Shown here in pieces: positions 1 to 7,225 of a DNA stretch of 46,112 bases. Both the position numbers and the translations under genes were made by a program. Source of the DNA: Leptolyngbya sp. SIO4C1 (GTDB taxonomy: Bacteria > Cyanobacteriota > Cyanobacteriia > Phormidesmidales > Phormidesmidaceae). Every line of letters begins with the position of its first letter. The stretch's first letter is position 1. The stretch is taken from assembly GCA_010671975.1 (NCBI GenBank), contig JAAHIA010000007.1, positions 1-46,112 of the forward strand. The letters run 5' to 3'. The notes beneath the pieces are model-generated. The model searched no databases. It saw only the letters and a list, made by a program, of their open reading frames with translations, and was not told the DNA's origin.

Positions 1-403
1 TGAGGGTGATCTCCATCCCCTTCAGCTTAGTAAAGTCCGACAGGCCCATCACGCCTGGCTCATGGCGCAGCATAAACATCACTTCTGGCTCTGGGCCATG
101 CAGCGCTTTCCACTCCCGCACTCTTCGCTGTAATGTTCGCAACACCTGCGGGTACTGGCCCGGGTAGTGCTCTTGTAGGTACTCGAACAGCGTCGTTGGC
201 TTCAGTCGGGGCTCACGGCGCAGCATCGGCTCTAGCTCCTGCTCCCATACCTCGGCCAAGGGATCTCGACGCACAGCGGGTTCGATAACCCTGCCTCGAT
301 TGGTGCGGTGATGGCCGGCATCGATCCGTTGACCCGTGCGCTCTGATATTTCGGCAATCGTTGACGATGCCTGCTGAGTCAATCCCAGCTCTCTGGCGTT
401 CAT
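1..403 (-). CDS. Transposase N-terminal region (HTH plus linker). The frame stays open to the window start.
   Basis: Minus-strand translation from the ATG at 403 gives MNARELGLTQQASSTIAEISERTGQ...TLFEYLQEHYPGQYPQVLRTLQRRVREWKALHGPEPEVMFMLRHEPGVMGLSDFTKLKGMEITL. This pattern resembles the N-termini of IS21-like/rve-type transposases as I recall them. It is not in the ORF track because it runs off the edge. The region upstream (404..536) is in another frame. Confidence 0.5.
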   Translation of the reverse strand, partial: MNARELGLTQQASSTIAEISERTGQRIDAGHHRTNRGRVIEPAVRRDPLAEVWEQELEPMLRREPRLKPTTLFEYLQEHYPGQYPQVLRTLQRRVREWKALHGPEPEVMFMLRHEPGVMGLSDFTKLKGMEITL

Positions 404-703
404 ATAGGCTCGCTTTTGGTATAAGTGAATGGCTTGGGGCACAGGAATTAGCTCGCTTTTCTACTAGAGCTATCTGTGCCTTTTTCTTGGCCGGGTGATA
501 AACCACCTCAGCGGATCGCCGATTGACCTGTCTCATCCGGTTTGGACTTAACCCGACTACCGCTTTGGCGTCACCCGCCTACCTTCACTGTCGCGCAATA
601 GCGTTCTATGGGTTTGAGTGGTATCTGATTCTAGAACGCTGACTCCCATCTATGCCATCTGAAATTGCCTCATAGCAACCTTTTGACCTGCTCGACCCTC
701 TAG

Positions 704-720
704 TTTTGTCAGTCAATCAG
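704..720. repeat. Terminal inverted repeat of the junction-spanning IS (TTTTGTCAGTCAATCAG).
   Basis: Perfect 17/17 reverse-complement match to 45036..45052 (CTGATTGACTGACAAAA). Confidence 0.85.
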
Positions 721-729
721 GGCCAAAGG
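721..729. repeat. 9-bp target-site duplication GGCCAAAGG. The partner copy is 45027..45035.
   Basis: The same 9-mer in the same orientation abuts both IS termini. Confidence 0.8.
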
Positions 730-749
730 TTACCGTATCGTTTAACCAT
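721..749 (-). pseudogene. 5' end of the DGR reverse transcriptase gene (codons 1 to about 9), separated from the body by the IS.
   Basis: The minus strand reads ATG GTT AAA CGA TAC GGT AAC CTT TGG CC (MVKRYGNLW). Removing the IS and one duplication copy joins this in frame to [21 protein letters not shown]... at 45026 downward. The ATG lies 2 nt after the avd stop codon. Confidence 0.8.
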
Positions 750-751
750 AG

Positions 752-1108
752 TTAGGAATTGACGATTGCCTTTTGATGCTGCTGCCGCATCCAACCACCT
801 AGCTCCTGACCAATACTATCAATTAACTGACTGACATATTGGTATCGCCGTGCTGACATCAGCTCAAATTCAAATAACAGACGAGTTTGGTGACGTAGCA
901 GATCTAATCGGCCATTCAGGGCCTTCAACCTTGGCAGCTTGTCACTGCTGTATCGAGCAAGGATCAATCCTTCGAGCAAATCGTAAAGACCAGTGATAAC
1001 GCGATCGCCGAGCAGAAACTTATGCTCGCGGGGCAGCTTATTGAGAATAGGCACGTACCACTTCACCAAATCGTAGGTTTTTTGGACGATCGGCAACTCT
1101 CGCTTCAT
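752..1108 (-). CDS. avd: DGR accessory variability determinant (Avd), a four-helix-bundle protein.
   Basis: 118 aa. It shows the typical Avd / 23S-rRNA-IVS-protein pattern (MKRELPIVQKTYDLVKWYVPILNKLPREHKFLLGDRV...IDSIGQELGGWMRQ). It sits between a VR-bearing target gene and the RT start. Confidence 0.8.
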   Translation of the reverse strand: MKRELPIVQKTYDLVKWYVPILNKLPREHKFLLGDRVITGLYDLLEGLILARYSSDKLPRLKALNGRLDLLRHQTRLLFEFELMSARRYQYVSQLIDSIGQELGGWMRQQHQKAIVNS

Positions 1109-1156
1109 CTATCTCGCAGAAAAGAACTTTCGTACTATCGCCGATAGAGCGCCAAA

Positions 1157-1182
1157 GGGCAAGAGGGCAAAAGGGCAAAGGG
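1157..1182 (+). other. Conserved four-G-tract motif directly 3' of the target-1 stop codon.
   Basis: GGGCAAGAGGGCAAAAGGGCAAAGGG on the + strand. Near-identical copies lie at 9011..9036 and 42763..42788. It is absent next to the template repeat. Confidence 0.7.
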
Positions 1183-4100
1183 CTAGTCCCTCGCGAGCCC
1201 GCACACCACCCGAAAACCGGTGTCGTTGAACCTGAAGTCGGGCGCGTCCCCGAAGCGGAACGCCGACCGGCAGAACCCAGGATCGTCGTCCCAGGAACCG
1301 CCCCGCAGTACACGACTTTTTTTGCTCTTGTCAGAGGATATCCAGGCCGAACCATCTTCCGGGGCTCCTTCATAGGTATCATGCCAGTAATCTTCGCACC
1401 ATTCCCACACATTGCCGTGCATATCATATAGACCAAAGGCGTTAGCAGGGAAACGGCCAACCACAGTTGTCTTACCGCGATATTCCCCAATGGGACCCTC
1501 TCCAAAGGCAGACTGAGCACCATAGTTTGCTAAGTCTGCGGCAATGGTTTCACCAAAGTGGAACGGAGTTGTGGTGCCCGCACGGCAGGCATATTCCCAC
1601 TCAGCTTCGGTGGGGAGTCGATAGTCTTTGCCCGTCTTGGCGGAGAGACGTCGACAAAATTCTTGCGCATCCTCCCAACTCACTTGCTCAACAGGAAGAT
1701 GGTTTCCCTCAAAGTTTGATGGGTCAGGATCTAAATTTCGTTTCGACCCCAAATCTGACTGATTGGCCCCGTGCTCAATGGCCGTCCGAAAGTTCCTCTT
1801 TTTGACTGGTATACCTAAAGCATCAGACAGCACAGACCATAACTTAGTACCAGCATCTTTCAAAGAGCTGGCTTGATATGGCACTTCCGATGCCATGCTC
1901 TGGTATGTCTGCTGGTTCCAGGATCCTTCAAGAACAATCCTTTCAATATCTCGGAGTCCTTCCGCCCGAATCGAGCGGACAGCTAAATCAGCCGCTTGAA
2001 GGGCTTCCTCAAAGGTTTGTATGGCTTTCTGGCTGGCTGCTGTTGCGATTGCTCGCCACTGGGCCTGAGTAACGGGATAGCGACTCATATAAAACGGTTG
2101 CAGCGTCACTTCGTGCTGAGGACGCTCATCGTCAGTGCTCCCTGATTCTTCCTCCGGTGCTCCCATCATGAAGGTGCCGCCAGGGATAGCCACCATCTCC
2201 AAGTTCAGATTATCGTCTGTATCCGTATCCTCTCCGAGGGACTCGATATACCCCCAAGCCTCTGCTTGACGGCGACGGATTACCCATTCCTCTGATTCGC
2301 GATCGCGCTCTAAGGTGGCCGTCTCAAACTCAAAAGCGTGTTTGAGCAGAGTAATGATGGTCGGCGATTTAAAATCAAACGGCTGCAGCGGTGGAAAGTT
2401 GAGAAACTCGGCCACTTCGTAATCAACCGTGTGGAGCGGAAAGTTATCTTCGGTAGTCTGCTGGGGCTGTCGTCGTCGCTCCGCAGGCTGCACCACGGTG
2501 GCATATCGTTGGGCCAAGGCGGCATGAGGTCCTCCCAGGCGTTGCAAGACATCAAGGCCCACCGCAGCCAACGGTAAGGCTCCCTCGCCCAGGGCATCGC
2601 CAGTCGCTTCATAGGCTGCTAAAAAAGCCTCAAAACTCTTAAGCGTATTCCCTGCTCTGTCTCTGATCAGTTGAGAGAGCCGATCTAACACTTCCAGAGG
2701 GCGGGAGATCGGCACACTATCGAGTAGCAAGTATCGAACTCGCTGGGACTGATCACCGGGATCATCATCGCCAAAAAACTGGTAGCGGCATTGCCCTTCT
2801 TCCTCCTCGTCACACCGCTGAAGCAACCCGCTAAGGAGCACCTCAGCAACATGCTCTTGCCGCGCCTCTGGCACGAATTCATCCCGCAGCAGGTCAATAA
2901 CCGGCAGGCTCACTGGAGTTGCCGCCATGTATTCTGCTAACTGCTGTGCCATTTCAGAAGCCGCAGACCGAAACAAGGCTACCCGTTGTCGAGCGGTCCG
3001 AGATCGTACCGGAGCAGTTGATTTTGCTTGATATTCCTGCGCAATTTGACGCACCGATTTAAGCTCAAACACCCGACCGGGAGTCAGCGTTCCACCACTA
3101 CCTGCAATGACCCGTGCCCACCGATGCATCGCATGAGGTTCGAGCGTCACAACAGGAACGGTCAGCAGGCGTTGCTCACCATTTGGCGTCTGACCATTGG
3201 CGGGAGTTTCATCAGCTTCATCCCACTGATCCCAGACTTCCAGATTAGGCAGCCCTTCAACTTCCAGGCGAGAACTTGGTAAGCCTGAACCCGTCGTACC
3301 CAATCGGACAATATGACCATTGCTGAGAGCCGTCCGAGTCCATAATCGTTCGGGGAACAGTTGAACAATAGAAACCGGCTGTGCTTCCGCCCAGGCCCAA
3401 AGCGTTTCGTGAATGAGGCCTCGCCACCACAGAGCCGAGGTGCAATCTGTTAGCAGTAGGATCATTCTCCGACTACTGGGATCGAGTAGCTCGCGAGGGC
3501 TATGGGGTCGCTGATACTGACAGGCTTCAGGAGGCTCTCGCCAGCGGGGAAAGAGCATGAGATCTCTGGGGCTAGCTGTTTTTAGGTCAGGCACCGATAA
3601 TCGCCAGGTGCGAATAGTTCTAAAAGCACCTTGATACTCCACTAAGTGTTGCAATTCAGCGATCGCCCGCTCCCACACTACCGTTGTTTTGGAATCTTCT
3701 ACGACCAGTTCCAGATCTAGCCACCGCTCTGGCTGAGCCTGAACTACCGGCACCCAGAGCCGAGTTTCCGCAATTTGGGTAACGGTCGCTTCTTCATCTA
3801 GTTCCTGACGGATACGGGAAGGCACTTTGCGCATCAGGGGTCGGAGCGATCGCGCCAGATCCAGCCGAGTACGCAAGGCTGGCGCAGCCGGTACCGGAAA
3901 CGGGGTTCCCGGAGGTGGCTCCTCTTCCTCTTCTTCTGTCACTGAGGAAGGTTGTGATGGTTCGTCACGGCGATCGTCAATGTAGAGATTAGCGGTTGGC
4001 GTGTCACTGGCAGTAGCGGTACCCTCGTCTACTGTTTTAAGGGGCTTGGGCTCTGCCCCTGGGTGAGGTTCAGAAATCCCATCTGAACGCGCAGATCGAT

Positions 4101-4233
4101 CTAGCTCAATAAATTGAGCTAGCCAAAACATATCGGCCAAGTCAACCGCATCGAAGTCGAGGCCGAGCTGCTGCCTCAGCTTTTGCGCTGATTGTCCGAT
4201 AGTTGGTCTTCGCTGCTGCTCAGATGCTTCCAC
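1183..4233 (-). CDS. vWA-type protein of the MoxR/protease system with a C-terminal FGE (C-type-lectin fold) domain. DGR target 1.
   Basis: 1016 aa. The N-terminus (LRQQLGLDFDAVDLADMFWLAQ) resembles the SAV_2336-type N-terminal domain found with MoxR ATPases. A central vWA-like region follows. The C-terminus has FGE motifs (RPQHEVTLQPFYMSRYPVTQAQW, RLPTEAEWEYACRAG, GLYDMHGNVWEWCED, RVLRGGSW...[11 protein letters not shown]). The gene overlaps the upstream MoxR gene by 58 nt. Confidence 0.8.
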   Translation of the reverse strand: MEASEQQRRPTIGQSAQKLRQQLGLDFDAVDLADMFWLAQFIELDRSARSDGISEPHPGAEPKPLKTVDEGTATASDTPTANLYIDDRRDEPSQPSSVTEEEEEEPPPGTPFPVPAAPALRTRLDLARSLRPLMRKVPSRIRQELDEEATVTQIAETRLWVPVVQAQPERWLDLELVVEDSKTTVVWERAIAELQHLVEYQGAFRTIRTWRLSVPDLKTASPRDLMLFPRWREPPEACQYQRPHSPRELLDPSSRRMILLLTDCTSALWWRGLIHETLWAWAEAQPVSIVQLFPERLWTRTALSNGHIVRLGTTGSGLPSSRLEVEGLPNLEVWDQWDEADETPANGQTPNGEQRLLTVPVVTLEPHAMHRWARVIAGSGGTLTPGRVFELKSVRQIAQEYQAKSTAPVRSRTARQRVALFRSAASEMAQQLAEYMAATPVSLPVIDLLRDEFVPEARQEHVAEVLLSGLLQRCDEEEEGQCRYQFFGDDDPGDQSQRVRYLLLDSVPISRPLEVLDRLSQLIRDRAGNTLKSFEAFLAAYEATGDALGEGALPLAAVGLDVLQRLGGPHAALAQRYATVVQPAERRRQPQQTTEDNFPLHTVDYEVAEFLNFPPLQPFDFKSPTIITLLKHAFEFETATLERDRESEEWVIRRRQAEAWGYIESLGEDTDTDDNLNLEMVAIPGGTFMMGAPEEESGSTDDERPQHEVTLQPFYMSRYPVTQAQWRAIATAASQKAIQTFEEALQAADLAVRSIRAEGLRDIERIVLEGSWNQQTYQSMASEVPYQASSLKDAGTKLWSVLSDALGIPVKKRNFRTAIEHGANQSDLGSKRNLDPDPSNFEGNHLPVEQVSWEDAQEFCRRLSAKTGKDYRLPTEAEWEYACRAGTTTPFHFGETIAADLANYGAQSAFGEGPIGEYRGKTTVVGRFPANAFGLYDMHGNVWEWCEDYWHDTYEGAPEDGSAWISSDKSKKSRVLRGGSWDDDPGFCRSAFRFGDAPDFRFNDTGFRVVCGLARD
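1190..1309 (-). repeat. DGR variable repeat 1 (VR1).
   Basis: 120-bp alignment to the TR at 43832..43951. I count 17 differences by hand, all at + strand T (sense-strand A) of the TR. Confidence 0.9.
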
Positions 4234-5396
4234 AGGCGGTCAATCAAGTCTCCTGGCTCACTGACTTCGGTATTGATATTAGGCTTACGCTCGCGGGTAA
4301 TCAAATAGATCGCATTCAAAAGCTGATCAGTCGCCAGATTACCTTTGCTGAAGTTCTTGTCGCGTTTACCCACAAACCGTTTAACTAAATCATTGATCTG
4401 CTTCTCAGCCCCAGCAATTAAGGCTTCCCCATTCTCTTCCTGACGGAGGTGAGCCTTCACAATCTCGGTCAGCCGCGTTTCGTCTGGCTCCCGCATGGTT
4501 AAGCGAATACAGCGACGCAAAAACGGGGGTGGAAAATCGCGCTCACCGTTACTGGTCAGAATCATGAGCGGAAACTCGGTGCAAGCAATTCGGCCTTTCT
4601 CTATCTTGGTTTTGCCGTTGACCACAACTGGTTTGTCATCGGTTGCATGATCATTTACGTCTGACGCAATTACCACTGCATCATCGTCTGTCACTGATTG
4701 TTTGTTGAACGTAAATTCTGTATCGTCTTTGTAAGCCGTGCGGACTTCGACCTCAGCCCTAACGTCTTCAATCCGCACCAATTCAGGAATCTCAAACACC
4801 CCTTCCTCAAAGACGTAGAGCAAATCATTAGGCAGGTCAATATCGCTCTTATCGATTTCATCCACAATCAGGATGCGGGGTTTTTTAGAGGGCAGAAGAG
4901 CAGTACCCAAAGGCCCTAGACGAATGTATTTGCCCATGTTGTCAAAGCGGTTTTCGCCACTGCGTTCCTTTTCCGTAGAGTCTTGAAGGCGAGCGATCGC
5001 ATCGTAAAGATATAAACCGTCTTTCAGCGTCGTTCTGGTGGTAATGGGCCAGTACAGCACCTCACCCAGATCTGGCTCCCGGGCAATAGCATAGGCCAAC
5101 GACGTTTTGCCGGTGCCCGGTTTCCCCGTCACGAGCAACGGTCGCCGCAGATATAATGCCGCATTGACTAATTCGATCTCATTGGGCTCAGCCTGAAAGG
5201 TAGCCCCTCGCTCTTGCTTACGGCGATCCGCACGCCGCCAGGTCGGGGGAGCAGGAAGCGCCGCCAGGGGAGGCGTATCACCATTATCGGCAGGAGGCGC
5301 ACCAGTGCCCTTAAAGATGGGCTGGAAGATATCCCGCTGCTTCGCTGGCTCGTCACTCATCGTTTCGTCATTCCTCTCAGCATGCCTCTTGATCAA
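4176..5396 (-). CDS. MoxR-like AAA+ ATPase.
   Basis: 406 aa. Walker A is LLVTGKPGTGKTSLAYAIA and Walker B is ILIVDEIDK. It overlaps both neighbouring genes. Confidence 0.8.
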   Translation of the reverse strand: MIKRHAERNDETMSDEPAKQRDIFQPIFKGTGAPPADNGDTPPLAALPAPPTWRRADRRKQERGATFQAEPNEIELVNAALYLRRPLLVTGKPGTGKTSLAYAIAREPDLGEVLYWPITTRTTLKDGLYLYDAIARLQDSTEKERSGENRFDNMGKYIRLGPLGTALLPSKKPRILIVDEIDKSDIDLPNDLLYVFEEGVFEIPELVRIEDVRAEVEVRTAYKDDTEFTFNKQSVTDDDAVVIASDVNDHATDDKPVVVNGKTKIEKGRIACTEFPLMILTSNGERDFPPPFLRRCIRLTMREPDETRLTEIVKAHLRQEENGEALIAGAEKQINDLVKRFVGKRDKNFSKGNLATDQLLNAIYLITRERKPNINTEVSEPGDLIDRLWKHLSSSEDQLSDNQRKS

Positions 5397-7167
5397 ACGG
5401 CTCCCATGTGGGTGGGATGACTTTGAAATCTTCCCATACCAAGCTTAGATGGTAGCCCACATGAGTCTTGTCTTCACAATCGAGGGTTTCAGAACGCTCT
5501 TCAAAAACCCGTTTCGGCAAATCAATCACTGCACAGTCTAAGAGGTGCTCTAGATCCTGGCATTGAGCATCTTGCCGCGACCACAACGCCACCGGTAGGC
5601 CAACTTTTTTGGCTAAAAACTCAAACACATCTTCAACGCGATCGCTGGCAAGATTTTCCAAAATCGCCAGCTCAGCAGAGCGCAACTGCCTGAGTAAACG
5701 ACCTTTGTTGCTGCAATCTGAACGCACCAAAGCATCGCGAGCCGAAGTTTGGTGCTGCTGCTCTAGACTTTCCCACTTTTGCTGCCAACGGGTGTAGTGC
5801 TGCCTGCCAGTGGGAGATTGACTTAAATCTGTTCGCATCACCAATCTATACTGGTTCCCCAGAGTCAGGCCATCCTGAGTTTCACGCGCATCCAGATCGC
5901 AGCCTAAAAGACGTCGGGCAACGAAACAGTGCATCATTGGATTCTCTAAGGCTGATTCGGCCTCAAGCCACCTCTCCAGGAAAAGCGGCAACTCAACAAA
6001 AGGAACCACTTCATCTTTGAGCCGGGGCAGTGGTGGTTCCAGAGGGTCATAGAGATCGCGATCGCCAATCACCCACAGCCAAATTTTGACATTGGCCGTA
6101 TCTTGCTCATCGGGTTTAATCTGTACGATGAGATGCTCAGGGGCATAGGACGAGGGCAGTTGACGATCCTGACGCGCTTGATTAGCTCTGACATACAGCC
6201 GATCGAAATCAAACCGACGAAATCGCACCCAATTCTCTAATTCCTGTCGCAGGATCTTGGGTAAGCCATCCATTACAGCTAGAAACACCGCAAATTGTGT
6301 CAAGCGATCTACATCGCGCTCTGCTTGCTGCCAGCCCCGATTAGACAGCTGTGTGAGGTACTGCAAGCGCTCCAAGATAGGATCACTACTTGAGCGATTG
6401 CCGTCATCGCACAGCCAAAATGCCAGCTCAACCGCATTTCGCACCCGACTCTCAGCCTCGCTCAGCCCTTGCTCAATGAGGTCATATAGGCTGCGGGCAA
6501 ACAGGTCTTGCAGAATCGGACTGAGCTGATCTTCGGGAATAGCATAGGCTTTGCTCCTCTGCTCATCATTTTGCGGCACCCAAGCCGTGGCAATCATCCC
6601 CACTACACAGTTACGGACATGATTCCAAACCGGAGCACCGCTGAATCCCGACTCAATCGTGTCGTCCTGCGGGGCATCTTTTTTGTGAAACTGGAAACGC
6701 CCGCCTACGGCATTGGCTTTGGGCCTATAGGCATCGGAGCGATCGCCGCTCTCTTGAGCGAAGCCATAGACCGAATGCTCTTCATTCTTAATCTCTTCGC
6801 AAGAACAACGCAGGATAGGAATTGGCTTGGAACGATCTGGAGCAGGTGTGAGTAACTTTAAGGCAGCAACATCGCCTCTGTTTAAGTCATAGGGGAGCCA
6901 AGCCACCACCTGAGCTGGAATGTCATATTCATTGGGCAGAAAATCAAGGGTGACAGTTCCTTCAGGCGGTTGTTGATACTCCGCAAAGTCATCTTCATTG
7001 ACGCCCATTGCTTGCAGCACAACATGGGCGCAGGTCAATACATAACCAGGGGCAACCAAAAAACCTGTCCCCACTACGCTCTTCTGGCCCGTTTCCTGAT
7101 TTTGAAAAAAGATGCGGGCGATCGCGTGTTCGTAATCTTCGCGGCTAAGTTCTACTTGTGCTGCCAC
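5377..7167 (-). CDS. Trypsin-like serine protease with a long C-terminal helical domain (VMAP-C-like).
   Basis: 596 aa with a GTG start. The catalytic triad context is VLTCAHVV (His), GDVAALKL (Asp) and GFSGAPVWN (Ser). The roughly 380-aa C-terminal extension is typical of vWA-MoxR-associated proteins as I recall them. Confidence 0.75.
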   Translation of the reverse strand: MAAQVELSREDYEHAIARIFFQNQETGQKSVVGTGFLVAPGYVLTCAHVVLQAMGVNEDDFAEYQQPPEGTVTLDFLPNEYDIPAQVVAWLPYDLNRGDVAALKLLTPAPDRSKPIPILRCSCEEIKNEEHSVYGFAQESGDRSDAYRPKANAVGGRFQFHKKDAPQDDTIESGFSGAPVWNHVRNCVVGMIATAWVPQNDEQRSKAYAIPEDQLSPILQDLFARSLYDLIEQGLSEAESRVRNAVELAFWLCDDGNRSSSDPILERLQYLTQLSNRGWQQAERDVDRLTQFAVFLAVMDGLPKILRQELENWVRFRRFDFDRLYVRANQARQDRQLPSSYAPEHLIVQIKPDEQDTANVKIWLWVIGDRDLYDPLEPPLPRLKDEVVPFVELPLFLERWLEAESALENPMMHCFVARRLLGCDLDARETQDGLTLGNQYRLVMRTDLSQSPTGRQHYTRWQQKWESLEQQHQTSARDALVRSDCSNKGRLLRQLRSAELAILENLASDRVEDVFEFLAKKVGLPVALWSRQDAQCQDLEHLLDCAVIDLPKRVFEERSETLDCEDKTHVGYHLSLVWEDFKVIPPTWEPFDQEAC

Positions 7168-7225
7168 TTCAACGTAATCTCATAGGTTGCCTCACCACCC
7201 ACTTTTGTAACCACTGCACCCACTT
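7152..7225 (-). pseudogene. 3' part of a small trypsin-co-occurring (Trypco2 / CU044_2847-like) gene interrupted by IS256.
   Basis: The minus strand reads ...AVVTKVGGEATYEITLKWQHK*. It joins in frame to 8622..8880 once the IS and one copy of the 9-bp duplication are removed. Confidence 0.6.

Larger units (their letters stand above)
1..720 (-). mobile_element. Part of an insertion sequence that is cut by the window ends. The other part is 45036..46112, giving a combined length of about 1797 bp if the ends are joined.
   Basis: A 17-bp terminal repeat at 704..720 is the exact reverse complement of 45036..45052. Identical 9-bp direct repeats GGCCAAAGG lie immediately outside both ends (721..729 and 45027..45035). 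Confidence 0.75.

Noticed and set aside
1-403. Calling the left-end fragment a bona fide IS21-family istA gene.
   Set aside because: The resemblance is from memory only. No rve catalytic core follows. The inverted-repeat and duplication evidence ties this fragment to the IS4-like half at the other window end. The family is therefore left open.
213-536. A 107-aa ORF in the left IS fragment.
   Set aside because: Its composition is Arg/Ala/Ser-rich and off-frame-like. A different frame of the same region (403 down to 1) gives a convincing transposase-like sequence. Only its first 30 codons or so might belong to the real gene before a frame break.
1038-1523. A 161-aa ORF overlapping the 3' end of target 1, with similar ORFs at 9003..9281 and 42758..43060 (shared peptide ...CTAMCGNGAK(I/T)TG...).
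   Set aside because: These are alternative-frame readings of the conserved FGE-domain DNA on the same strand. Their conservation simply mirrors conservation of the real frame, which carries all the FGE motifs.
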